Assembly (NCBI RefSeq): GCF_009914755.1
Contig: NC_060938.1
Length of the DNA: 64,000 nucleotides
Strand: one strand, 5' to 3'
Source of the DNA: the human T2T-CHM13v2.0 reference genome, Homo sapiens
Positions within the stretch are counted from its first letter, which is position 1, and every line of letters begins with the position of its first letter. The position numbers were made by a program, and so were the translations under genes. This document shows positions 34,201 to 44,749 of this stretch, in pieces. Below the pieces are notes generated by a model. It made no database searches. It was not told the DNA's origin and worked only from the letters and a program-made list of their open reading frames with translations.

Positions 34201-35720
34201 CCTTCATGGTGGTGAGATCTCCCAGGCCTGTGGTGAGTCTAGAAGTGTCATCCAGGATTGAGGGACTAGAGTCAAAAACCTTAGAAGTCTACCTGGTATT
34301 CTATTGTATTATAGCTGAGCTGGCACTCAAACCACAAGATGCAGTACTGTCCATTGATCCCTCTCTTTTTCAAAGGCAAAGGAGCCTGACCTCATAGCCA
34401 CTGCCACCTTTGGCCATGGGGAGTACTGTCAGACTACCACCAATGTTTCCTTAAGGAACAAGGTCTCTTAAGTCAGCTTGTGGTGACTTAAGACAGCATT
34501 GTAGTGAATGCTGCCTACCCTGGTAGTTATCTTTCAGGGCAGTGGACTCCTCTCTGGCCTAGGGCAGGTCTAAAAATGCCAGACAAAAGTCAAGTCCTAG
34601 AATCAGGGACCCAAAGATGCTGCTTGGTGCTTCATCCCAATGTGGTAGTGTTGGTACGTAAGGTGTAAGACAAAGAAAGTCTTTTACTTTTACCTCTTTA
34701 CTTTTACCCTTTACTTTTACCTTTACTTTTACCTCTTCTTTTCTCAAGCAGAGTTTTATCCTATAGCCACCATAGCTGGCAATGTGCTGAGTCTCATTTG
34801 AAGCCAGTAAGTTTCAGAGGCTCACTAAGGCCCTTGGTGTAGTACGTTGGTATGGTTGCTGGCTATTCAGGGCCCAAGGGCTCTTTAGTTAGCAGGTGAT
34901 GAATGCTAGCAGGATTGGCTACTTTCCTTCATGCAGCAGGTTCCCTTCTGGCCAAGGATGTGTCTACAGATGTCTTCTGGGAGCTAGGGATTGGAACAGG
35001 GGCCTCCTGACTCTGACTGGTACTCTATCCTGCTGTGGCTGAGCTGGTGTCCAAGATGGAAGACAAAGTCCTCCCCACTATTCTCTCTTCTCCTCAAGCA
35101 GATGGAAGGGGTCCCTTTTGGAGCCATGAGCTGTGCAGCCTGGGGCTTGGGTAGAGGTGATTCCAGCACTCCCTTGACTTCCCCAGATGGTGTCTCAGTA
35201 TGTTGCATGCCCTCCCAGTCCACTATCTCTCAGACTAGTTCAGTACTAGGACTAGCCTACAAATTGCAGTCCTTCTGGCCTAGACTGCCTTTCAAGTTTA
35301 CTTACAAGATGAGAGCATTTTCGCCCTCAGTGTCAAGGTTTGGGGGCACTCAAGTTTGGACCACTGGGATCTGTGATTCTCCTGTGGCTAGGGCTGGTTT
35401 AACTGATCCCTCTGTGAGTGGGCATCAGCTAAGTTTGGTCTGTTTTTCTTTTTGCTCTAACAGAAAAGCACTGAGTTCAATGACTCACAATTGCTGTGCT
35501 TTCCATCTCCCAGCACATAGATTCTCTCTGCACCACTCTGCTGCTGCTGCTGCTGCTGGGGGTGTGGGAGGGGTGGCATCAGCAATTCAGGACTCTTTTT
35601 TTCTATCTCTTCAGTACCTCTTTCAGCCATATTAAGTTAAAAACAGGTACTATGAGTGCTCACCTGATTTTGTTTCTTATGAAGGTGTTAACTAGGTATC
35701 CTTACAGGGGAGACCATCAA
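31300..35720 (-). mobile_element. L1MA-type 5' portion (5'UTR, ORF1, EN domain of ORF2)
   Basis: Minus ORFs 31610-31843 ([26 protein letters not shown] domain) and 33066-33392 (LKRANLRVIGLKE, ORF1p RRM). Long GC-richer 5'UTR. Confidence 0.88.
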
Positions 35721-35749
35721 TGAAGCTTTTTATTCCAGTATCTCATCCC

Positions 35750-37490
35750 TCAGAATGCAGCTGTATTTATAAGTGCCAAAACTTGGAAGCAACCAAGATG
35801 TCCTCCTATGGATGAATAGATGAACAGTGGCACATCCACACAATGGAATAGTATTCAGAAGCAAAAACATATGAAATATCAAGTCACCAAAAGAGACACG
35901 GAAGACCCTTAAATGCACATTGCTAAGTGAAAAAGCCAGTCTGAAAGGCTACATATTGTATGACTCCAATGACATAAGAGTCTAGAAATAATAAAAAGAT
36001 TAGTGGTTGCCAGGGTTTTGAGGAGGAGTGGCGAAGAATTAATATGTAGACTACAGGGAATTTTTAAGGCACTGAAATTATACTGTATGATAGTTTTATG
36101 GTGCTTATGATGACATTACGCATTTGTTAGAACACATAGAACATAAGCCTTAATGTAAACTGTGGACTTTGATTAATAGTGATGCATCAATTTTAATGAA
36201 TGTACCACACCAGTGAAAGATGTTCGTAACAGGGAAAGTGTGGGTTAGTGTGACTGTGATAGGGAATACCTGGTAACTTTCTGTCCTTTCTGTTTGATTT
36301 TCCCTTAAACTTAATAATGTTCTGAGAATCAAATTTATTAATTGCAAAAAATAGCAACTTTTTAAAAATGGGAAAGAATTTGGATAGATATTTTTCCAAA
36401 TGAAACTTACGAATTACAATATGCACATGAACATATTCACAACATCACTATTAGGTAAATACTAATCAGAACTACAATGAGATACCTCCTCACACAAACT
36501 AGGATGGCTATAATAAAAAAGATACACAGTAATAAGTGCCATCAAGGATACAACTTGGCTTGCTAATTCGTCCCTACTAGAAATATAAAATGTTGCACCC
36601 ATTTTGGAAAATGGTTTGGCAGTTCCTTAAAATGCTAAACATAGAGTCTCCACATGGCCCAGCAATTCCACACCTAGGTACACAGTCAAGGGAAATCAAA
36701 ACATGTGTTCACACAAAAACTTGTAATCACTGCTTAAAGTAGCATTATCCATAATAGTCAAAAGAGTAGGCATAAACTAACATCTATTTCATTAGGCCAT
36801 TTTCACACTGCTATAAAGTTACTATCTGAGACTGGGCAATTTATAAACAAAAGAAGTTTAATTGACTCACAGTTCCACATGGCTGAAGAGGTCTCGGGAA
36901 ACTTAAATCATGGTGGTAGGTGAGGGGAAGCAAGGCACGTCTTACATGGTACCGAGAGAGAGAGCACAGGAAAAAAAACTGCCGCCTTTAAAACCATCAG
37001 ATCTTGTGAAAACTACATCACTAACACAAGAATAGCATGGGGGAAATCACCCCCATGATCTAGTCACATCCCACCAGGTCCTTCCCTCGACATGTGGGGA
37101 TTAAAATTCAAAATGAGATTTGGGTGGGGAAAGAGCCAAACCATATCATCTATCAACTGATGAATGGATTTAAAAAATGTGGAATATCTGTATAATGCAA
37201 TATTATTTAGTCATAGAAAGAAATTAAGTACTAACATATGTATTACATTACGCTAAGTGAAAGAAGCCAATCATTTAAGACCACAGATTTTATAATTCCA
37301 TTTACGTAAAATGTTCAGAAAAAAATAAATCTATGGCAATAGAAATTAGGGGCTGTCAGGGACTAGTGGTAGGGGGGAATAATAAGTGATTGTTTATGGG
37401 TATAGAATTCCTCCTTGGAGTGTTAAAATGGTCTAAATTTAATTACAGGGATGGACCCATTTAATGGTTGAAATATAGGATATGTTAAAA
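35750..37490 (+). mobile_element. old L1M 3' fragments (L1MD/L1MB/L1ME-like), interrupted by a THE1/MST LTR
   Basis: gctaagtgaaaaagccagtctgaaaggctacatattgtatgactcc; ccagcaattccacacctaggta; gctaagtgaaagaagcc. Confidence 0.75.
36788..37148 (-). mobile_element. THE1D/MSTA-type MaLR solo LTR
   Basis: Ends in gatttgggtgggg..agagccaaaccatatca. 5-bp TSD TCTAT at 36783-36787 and 37149-37153. Confidence 0.92.
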
Positions 37491-37728
37491 TCAGGAGGAC
37501 AGCCTTCCCTACTGCTATTGTTGATTAGTAAGAAAGCTGAATCAGAGAACAAAGGGTTGACTCAGGCTTCCACTCGACCGTGGTTCTCTGAGGCTAGCAA
37601 TTGGTTGGCTTTACATCATTATAAATAATAGCTGGTAAATAAATATTTGTTACTTTTTGACTTTCTGACTAGTCGAATGACAATAAATTAGTAATCACAC
37701 TGGGAAATAGAGATAGTGCTCCCTCCAA

Positions 37729-38017
37729 TTTTTTTTTGAAGGAATGAAGGGATTTATTGAAAATGAAAGTACACTCCACCATGTGGGAGTGGGCCCAAGC
37801 ATAGGGGCTCAAGGGCCCCATTATAGAAATTTGGGGAGTTTAAATGCCCTCTAGAGGATTCCATTGGTTACTTGGGGTATGCTGTATGTAAATGAAAATG
37901 ATAAAGTCACAAAGTTATTTACTTGGCCTATGCCCTATGGAGAGGATATTTCCTGTCATAGCCAAAGCGTAAATTGGCCTTATGTTCCCTGCGTCCAGAC
38001 CCTATTTTCCTGCCTCA
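37729..38017 (-). mobile_element. MER61-like 3' LTR, U3-R only, followed by poly(A)
   Basis: Minus strand starts tgaggcaggaaaatagggtctgg. AATAAA at 37753-37758, then 15 nt and A9 (37729-37737). No U5. Confidence 0.85.
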
Positions 38018-39289
38018 TCTACCCACTGAGAGATGTGATCCCCGTCAATCTTTATGGGAGGCAGAGAAACTGATAGTCTTTTTTCTGTAACTGCTTCATG
38101 CTGGCTTGGGGCATAGTCCCTACCTGATGGGGATCATGGAACTCTCGTCCTGCTCTGTCTAGAGAAGGCAGGGTAGCTCCTTGAAGGCCAGGGGTGCTGT
38201 CTTCACCTGCAACTGGCTGGAGCCTTTGTTGCCTGATCATCTGAAGCTTGATGGTCTCTAGATGAGAGGAAATGAATTTGGTTAAAAGACTTAATGAGAA
38301 CTTCCGGGGGACTTCATAGATAACTATGCTGTCAAGAATGTTTGTTATAGAGATTTGCAGGAGAAAAAGCAAAACCTAGTCTGCTCTAGAATCTATGTGT
38401 TTCCTTAAAGTCTTAGTCCAAACGACTTCATTTTGGTTTGGTTTGGTCTGTTAGGGCCTAGTCCATGAGCTTAGTCCAAAAAAATGGCCTCCCAGAATTT
38501 TGTTTAAAAAAACTCCCCCTTTTTGGTGAAGTTCTCACTTAGGTGATGGTGTGACCAAAACTTAGGGCCTTAGTGCCACTCTCAGTTACCATCATTTTGG
38601 GTTTCCGGTCCCAGCACATCATTTATAGGCTATAGTGGCCTCATGGGTGCACATTTCTTTAGCTTCTGTCATTCCAGTTGAAGAGAGACCATATGACATT
38701 CTACAGATGGCTGCATGAAAGCATTTCAAACATTTGAGAGAATACAGCACACCAGGAAGACTATTATTATGACTATTGGGAGAATTAATAACAAGAGTTT
38801 GGAGTATGCTTCTTATTCAAGGTCCCCACAAGCCAAACCTCCTAAAATCAAATAGAGCAAAGAATGAGCTAGATAAAGAGTTTACTCACTTAACTAAGCA
38901 GTCTCTTTGCTAATCCCGTACCACTAAATTTCTATAATCTTCATTTGATGTATTTCTCCATAGGCCACAATGGCTAGCAGCTGTACAGATACTTCTTTGT
39001 TTAGCCAATTCTATCATAACTCTCACAAAAGAATTTAAAGTCTGTTGTATAATTGAGGACATTATAGTAGAATTTGGTATAGAGCCTATCATGGGGAATA
39101 CATTTCTAATCATTGCCTCTTTTACTTTAAACCATGGATAAAGGACCTAACAAATGATACCCTTATAGAAGAGTGAAGGCCTCCTGGTAATGTTCTCTTT
39201 AACCCACGATGTGGGCTAAATGTTTTCGTTTTAACTGATTATGAGGCAACGTATGTACCATTAAAGTTTCTTACCTACATTGGGCCTTC
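38018..39289 (-). mobile_element. MER4-group (MER61-int-like) internal sequence, 3' part with env-TM remnant
   Basis: Contiguous with the LTR. Degenerate TM-like frames (38910-39113, 38052-38372 minus). Confidence 0.7.
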
Positions 39290-41315
39290 CTCTGCTGGAG
39301 ACTAAATGAGAACTTAGAAAATTTTAGGATTAGTTGGATACTGTTGTTTATGGAGAGACTCTTATGCCCTAAAAACAAAACGCTTTTGCAAAAAGCTCAT
39401 GCAAGACGGGCCAAACTCCCTCAGTTGGCAATTACCAGAAATCCAACAGGTGGAAAGGTTAAAACATCTATTAGTAACTGCTCCTGTCCTAGCTCTACTC
39501 TCCTCAAGCAGCCATTCCATCTTTTTGTCAGTGTAAGCAAGGGCATAGCATTAGAAGTACTTACCCAAAAGCATGGAGGCCACTGACAACCCATAGCCTT
39601 CCTATCAAAAATCCTTAACCAAGTAACCTGTGGATGGCCCAAATGCATTCAATCTGTAGTGGCAACTACTTTGCTAACAGAAAAAAGTAGAAAAATAACT
39701 TTTAGAGGAAACCTCATTGTGAGCACACCTCACCAGGTCAGAACTATCCCAAGTCAAAAAGGAAAAAGGTAGCTTACTGACTTAAGAATCTTAAAGTAAG
39801 AGGCTATTCTGTTAGAAAAAGATGATTTAACATTAACCATTGATAATTCACTTAACCCAGCAGGTTTCATAACAGGGGATCTAAATCTAAAGAGAAAATA
39901 CACATGTTTAGATTTAATTAATTACCACACAAAGGTCCAACCAGACCTAGGAGAAACTCCCTTCAGGACGCGATGACACTTATTTATAGATGGCTCCTCC
40001 CAGGTGATTGAGGGAAAAAGACACAATGGGTATTCAGTAATTGACAGAGAAACTCTTGTAGAAATAGATTTAGGAAAATTGCCTAATAATTGGTCTGCTT
40101 AAATGTGTGAGCTGTTTGCACTCAGCCAAGCCTTAAAGTACTTACAGAACCAGGAAGGAATCATCTACACTGATTCTAAGTATGCCTTTGGAGTGGCTCA
40201 CACATTTGGAAAAAATTTGGACTGAATGAGGTCTTATTAACAGCAAAGGATGATTAAAATCCCAAACTTACAAGGTTTTAAACAAAAGTAAAGTTTGCTA
40301 AAAGTTAACAACGTAACATGTATCATCCTAACTTCTAATCTTGTGGCCTTAGGCAGTCTAGTCCACATACATGAAGGAAGTCTGCTTTGGAAAAGAATGG
40401 TTATCATCTTTGACATTAAAAAAGAGGAGAATTTATGTAAAAAGAATCTTAAGTGGTAAATTCTTGTCCTAAAGTAAATTAACTGGTTGTTTAAAGAAAG
40501 GGATGTTTACATCAGAAAGTTAAGGCATGTCAAAGATTGTCTGTGAAAGTCATGAAAATGTTATAAAAGATAATTTATGCAAGAAATGTTGTACAATTTG
40601 AAAGTAATTAGGCCTCCTGAATGTAAAACTATTGAAGAGACAGTTTATGTGCAAAGTGTGTAAGGAAAGTAAAATATACCTTAGGTAAAAGGATTATAAG
40701 GAGGCATAAGAATGCGGACTTTTACCTACATTAAAAGATTTAAAAAAAGTTTTGAAGGTTTAAGCAAGTTTTGAAACGTTAATTGTAAAGGAAATTCTGT
40801 GTGTAAACATATTGGCTAAAGTTAAAGGGGTATCACCCCGCCCAGTTTTTCTGTGAACTGGACATTAAAATAAAAGCACAACAGGCTTTTCTTAAAGCAC
40901 TAACCTGCTCTTTAATAAAAATTATAAAGGGTTAAAAAGAGTCTATAAAAATCTTACCTTATGGTCAGACATTAAAATTGGATAAATATGTCTACAAGGT
41001 TTTATTAAAATTGAGTTTAACATTAATAATACACTAATATAAAGGTAAAATTTAGTTCATCTGGTATAAAAATCATACAGGAAGCACTGTCAAATATAAA
41101 ATGGTGTTTGGCTTTGTTTGGTCTAAAAACTAATAAAAACAGGTGCTAAAGAGAATTCAAAAGGGAAATGGGTACTGCTAGACCAGAGAGAAATGTTATC
41201 CAAACCCCTTATGAGGCAAATCTTGTTCCAACTGCATCAAGGGACCCATTGAGGGCCCCAAGCCACATGTGACGCAGTTCTCAGAGTTTATGGGTGCATA
41301 GGAATTTATACCCCG

Positions 41316-41747
41316 GTGAAACAGTTTAAGGACGGTTGCTTAGTATGTAAGAAAACCAATAAACAAACTATAAAAAGATTACCCCTTGTGGGACAGAGTC
41401 CAGGCTTAAGGCCATTCCAAAGTATACAGATTGATTACACAGAGATGCCTCCAATTGGTCGTCTAAAGTATTTATTAGTAATACATCACATTACTCATTG
41501 GGTAGAAGCTATTTCCATTTCAAGTACAACTGCTAATAATGTAGTCAAGGCATTAGTTGAAAATATCATACCCAAGTTTAGATTAATAGAAAACATTGAT
41601 TCAGATAATAGGACTCATTTAACTGCACATGTTATTAAGAAATTAGCCCAGGTATTGGATATAACATGGGAATATCATACTCCCTGGCACCCACTTTCAT
41701 CAGGAAGAGTGGAAAGAATGAACCAAACTATAAAAAAAGCCACCTAA
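41316..41747 (+). pseudogene. retroviral integrase core remnant (open 143-aa segment)
   Basis: Zn-finger CLVC plus D-D35-E region (QIDY, IDSDN, GRVERMN). Truncated by a frameshift and the MER11 insertion. Confidence 0.85.
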
Positions 41748-41768
41748 CCAAATTAGTCTTAGAGATGA

Positions 41769-42794
41769 TGCTGTGGGAAGTCAGGGACCCTGAATGGAGG
41801 GACTGGCTGAAGCCGTGGCAGAAGAACATAAATTGTGAAGATTTCATGGACATTTATCACTTCCCCAATCAATACTCTTATAATTTTCTATCCCTGTCTT
41901 TACTTTAATCTCTTAATCCCGTCATCTTCATAAGCTGAGGATGTATGTCAGGACCCAGTGATGTACAAATGTACAAATTGCGTTAAATGTACAAATTGTT
42001 TGTAAAACATGTGTGTTTGAACAATATGAAATCAGGGCACCCTGAAAAAGAACAGAATAACAGTGATTTTCAGGGAACAAGGAAGGATAACCATAAAGTC
42101 TGACTGCCTGCAGGGTTGGGCAGAATACAGCCATATTTTTCTTCTTGCAGTGAGCCTAAAAACAGACATATGAGTAGGAGAAATATCGCTGAAGTCTTTT
42201 CCTCCAAGGAATATTAATAATTGATAACCCTGGGGAAGGAATGCATTCCCAGTAGTAGGACTATAGACAACCACTCTGAGAGTGTCTGTCTTATGCAGTT
42301 GACATAAGGGATGAAATACACCCTGGTCTCCTGCAGTGCCCTCAGGCTTACTAGGTTTGGGAAATTCCAGCCTGGTGAATTCTAGTCAGACTGGTTGTCT
42401 GCTCTCAAACCCTGTTTCCTGTTAAGATGTTTATCAAGACAATGCATGCCCAGCGGGACATGCACCCTCATCAGTAATTCTAATTTCACCCTTGCCTTGT
42501 AATCCTGCTCTGCCCTTTTGCCTTGTGATCTTTTATTGCCCTTTGAACCATGTGATCTCTATGACCCACTCCCTATTCGTACACCCCTCTCGTTTTGAAA
42601 TCCCTAATAAAAACCTGCTGGTTTTGCGGCTCGGGATCACCATCATGGTCCTACCAATATGTGATGACACCCCCAGAGGCCCAGCTGTAAAATTTCTCTC
42701 TTTGTACTCTTTCTCTTTATTTCTCAGACCGGCTGACACTTGGGGAAAATAGAAAGAACCTACATTGAAATACTGAGGGCTGGTTCCCCCGATA
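41769..42794 (+). mobile_element. MER11 (HERV-K11/HML-8) solo LTR
   Basis: Starts tgctgtgggaagtcagggaccctgaatggaggg and ends gggctggttcccccgata. Host integrase reads ..LVLE| and resumes |TRLP.. on the other side. Confidence 0.93.
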
Positions 42795-43259
42795 GACTCG
42801 GTTACCATGAACAAGATGCCCTCCCATTGCCCTGTTGAGAATCTGAACTGCTCCTTGGAGAGATGTTGGCTTATCCTCTTAAGAAATGTTGTATAGATTG
42901 CCCTGCTTGCACTCCACTGGAGACATTCCCACGTTCAAAACAAAAGATCAGTTTCTCAGAAATTATATACTTGGTTTATATTCCACTTTCTCTTCCCTCA
43001 GCACTAAAGGCCTTTTGGCACAGGTACCCCCACAGTGTTTCCAGTACACCAACATCAGCCTGAGGACCATGTCCTCCTCAAAAGTTGGAGGGAAGGAAAC
43101 CTCGGATTGGCTTGGGAAGGACCCTACCTAGTGCTTCTAACCACCGAGACAGCAGTTCAAACAGCAGAAAGAGGATGGACTCATCTCACCTGGGTCAAAA
43201 GAGCACCACCCCCTCCAGAATCATGGACAGCTATTCTAGGGCCAACTCCACCCAAGCTA

Positions 43260-44155
43260 ATGCTAAAAGGGGTTTGATCCTCTTATATTGCATCTCTTTC
43301 TTTTCCCCTTCTATTGCTAGTCCTCTCGTTATTAATGTAACTAGGACAATTTCACCCCAAACTATTACTTTTGATGCTTGCCTTGTGATGCCCTGTGGAG
43401 ATTTACCAAATCTAGCATTCCATCAACAGGATAAAAAATAAAATCATAAAAGAAGAAGTGCCTTACATGAGTCCTTTGACCCCCATGTTGATATAAATGC
43501 TATTGGAGTTCCGTGAGGAATACCAGATAAATTTAAAGCCCAAGATCAAATAGCTGCGGGATTTAAGTCAATATTTAAATTAATAATATAGATTGGATAA
43601 ATTATGTCTATTATAATCAGCAGTGGTTTATTAATTACACAAGGGATGCTGTCAAACGGATAGCAGAACAATTGGGGCCCACTAGCCAGATGGCCTGGGA
43701 AAACAGAACGGCCCTAGATATGATATTAGCCACAAAAGGCACTGTTTGTGTTATGATTGAAACTCAGTGTTGTACCTTTATCCCAAACAATACTGACCCC
43801 ACTGGGAGCATAACAAGGGCCTTACAAAGACTTATTGCTTTATCCAATGAACTAGCTAAAATTCTGGAGTCGATAACCCTTTCTCAGGGTGGCTAGAAAG
43901 GTAGTTCAGTAAACGGAAAGAATTCATAAACTCAATTCTTACTTCTCTTGCAGGAATAATAGGTGTACTTATTCTTGTTAGGTGTTGTGTCATACCATGC
44001 ATCCGTGGACAAGTGCAAAGACTTATAAAAGCAGCACTTACTAAAACCTTCCTTAACTCTCCTCCACCTTATTCAGATAAGCTTTTTCTTTGAGAGGATT
44101 AAGTAGAGCAGCAAAGCTAAGACATATTTAAAAAGTTTGAAGAGGAAGTGCTATG
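43260..44155 (+). pseudogene. env remnant (signal peptide, SU largely deleted, TM with immunosuppressive domain)
   Basis: Hydrophobic leader LILLYCISFFSPSIA, furin-like HKRR at ~43445, ISD/CX6CC in ORF 43672-43896, and membrane anchor ILTSLAGIIGVLILVRCCVIPC. Stops and frameshifts present. Confidence 0.8.
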
Positions 44156-44172
44156 AAAATTGAAAGGGAAAT

Positions 44173-44749
44173 TGTAGGATATAATAAATTCCTCTTTAAA
44201 GGTTTTAGCCTGTAAATTGTTAAGTACAATGAGTTCTGAGATCCTCTCCAAAGAACCAGTGTATCAGTATGCTCAGCTTCCCTGTTCTTTGTTCTTCACT
44301 TTAAAGTTTAAGATCCTCATTCTTTTGTCTCCTTGCCCCTAGTTTCAGTAAACAACTCCCTCCTAGTCTCTACCACCTGCTCCATCCTGAGTCACCCCTG
44401 GTCACCTGCTCCATCCTGAGTCATCCTGAGTCACCTGTTCAGTAACCGTCTTTCCTACCAAACTATTCATCCCGCCACTCTGACTCATACCCCTGCTCTC
44501 TTTAAAATAGTGAATCGGAATTAGCTTAGACTGTGCAGTCCAACCCTAGCCAACAGGGGAATGACACAGCACTAGGGGCTACCTCCCTCAGGAATAAAAA
44601 CCCCTTTCCCTCCCTTGTTTAGCTGTGCTCTCTCCATTGTTCCATCTGCAAGTCAGACCCTTCTATAGAAGTAAAATTGCCTTGCTGAGAAAATTGAATA
44701 TATGTTTGAGTGCTATTTCTTTTGTGGCACCAAAAATTTATTTCTGACA
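44173..44749 (+). mobile_element. LTR10-family 3' LTR of the HERV-IP10 element
   Basis: Preceded by polypurine tract gaaagggaaa. Runs tgtaggatataataaattcc ... aaaatttatttctgaca. Contains tandem cacctgctccatcctgagtca units. Confidence 0.88.
44388..44487. promoter_or_regulatory. cluster of four consensus AP-1 sites (TGASTCA) in LTR10
   Basis: TGAGTCA at 44388, 44417 and 44427; TGACTCA at 44481. Confidence 0.7.

Larger units (their letters stand above)
39290..44172 (+). mobile_element. HERV-IP10 (HERVIP10F/FH-like) internal remnant: pol (RT thumb/connection, RNase H, integrase) and deleted env
   Basis: ELRKFLGLVGYC; RNase H LFIDGSS..CELFAL..IYTDSKYAFG; integrase IQIDY..IDSDN..SSGRVERMNQT and WEGPYLVLLTT; env HKRR, ENRTALDMILA and CX6CC (CVMIETQCC). 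Multiple stops. 5' LTR, gag and pro are missing. Confidence 0.88.

Noticed and set aside
34991-35635. 214-aa plus-strand ORF, the longest ORF not in an L1 ORF2 frame
   Set aside because: Antisense to a GC-rich L1MA 5'UTR, begins at a non-ATG codon, and has no recognisable domain.
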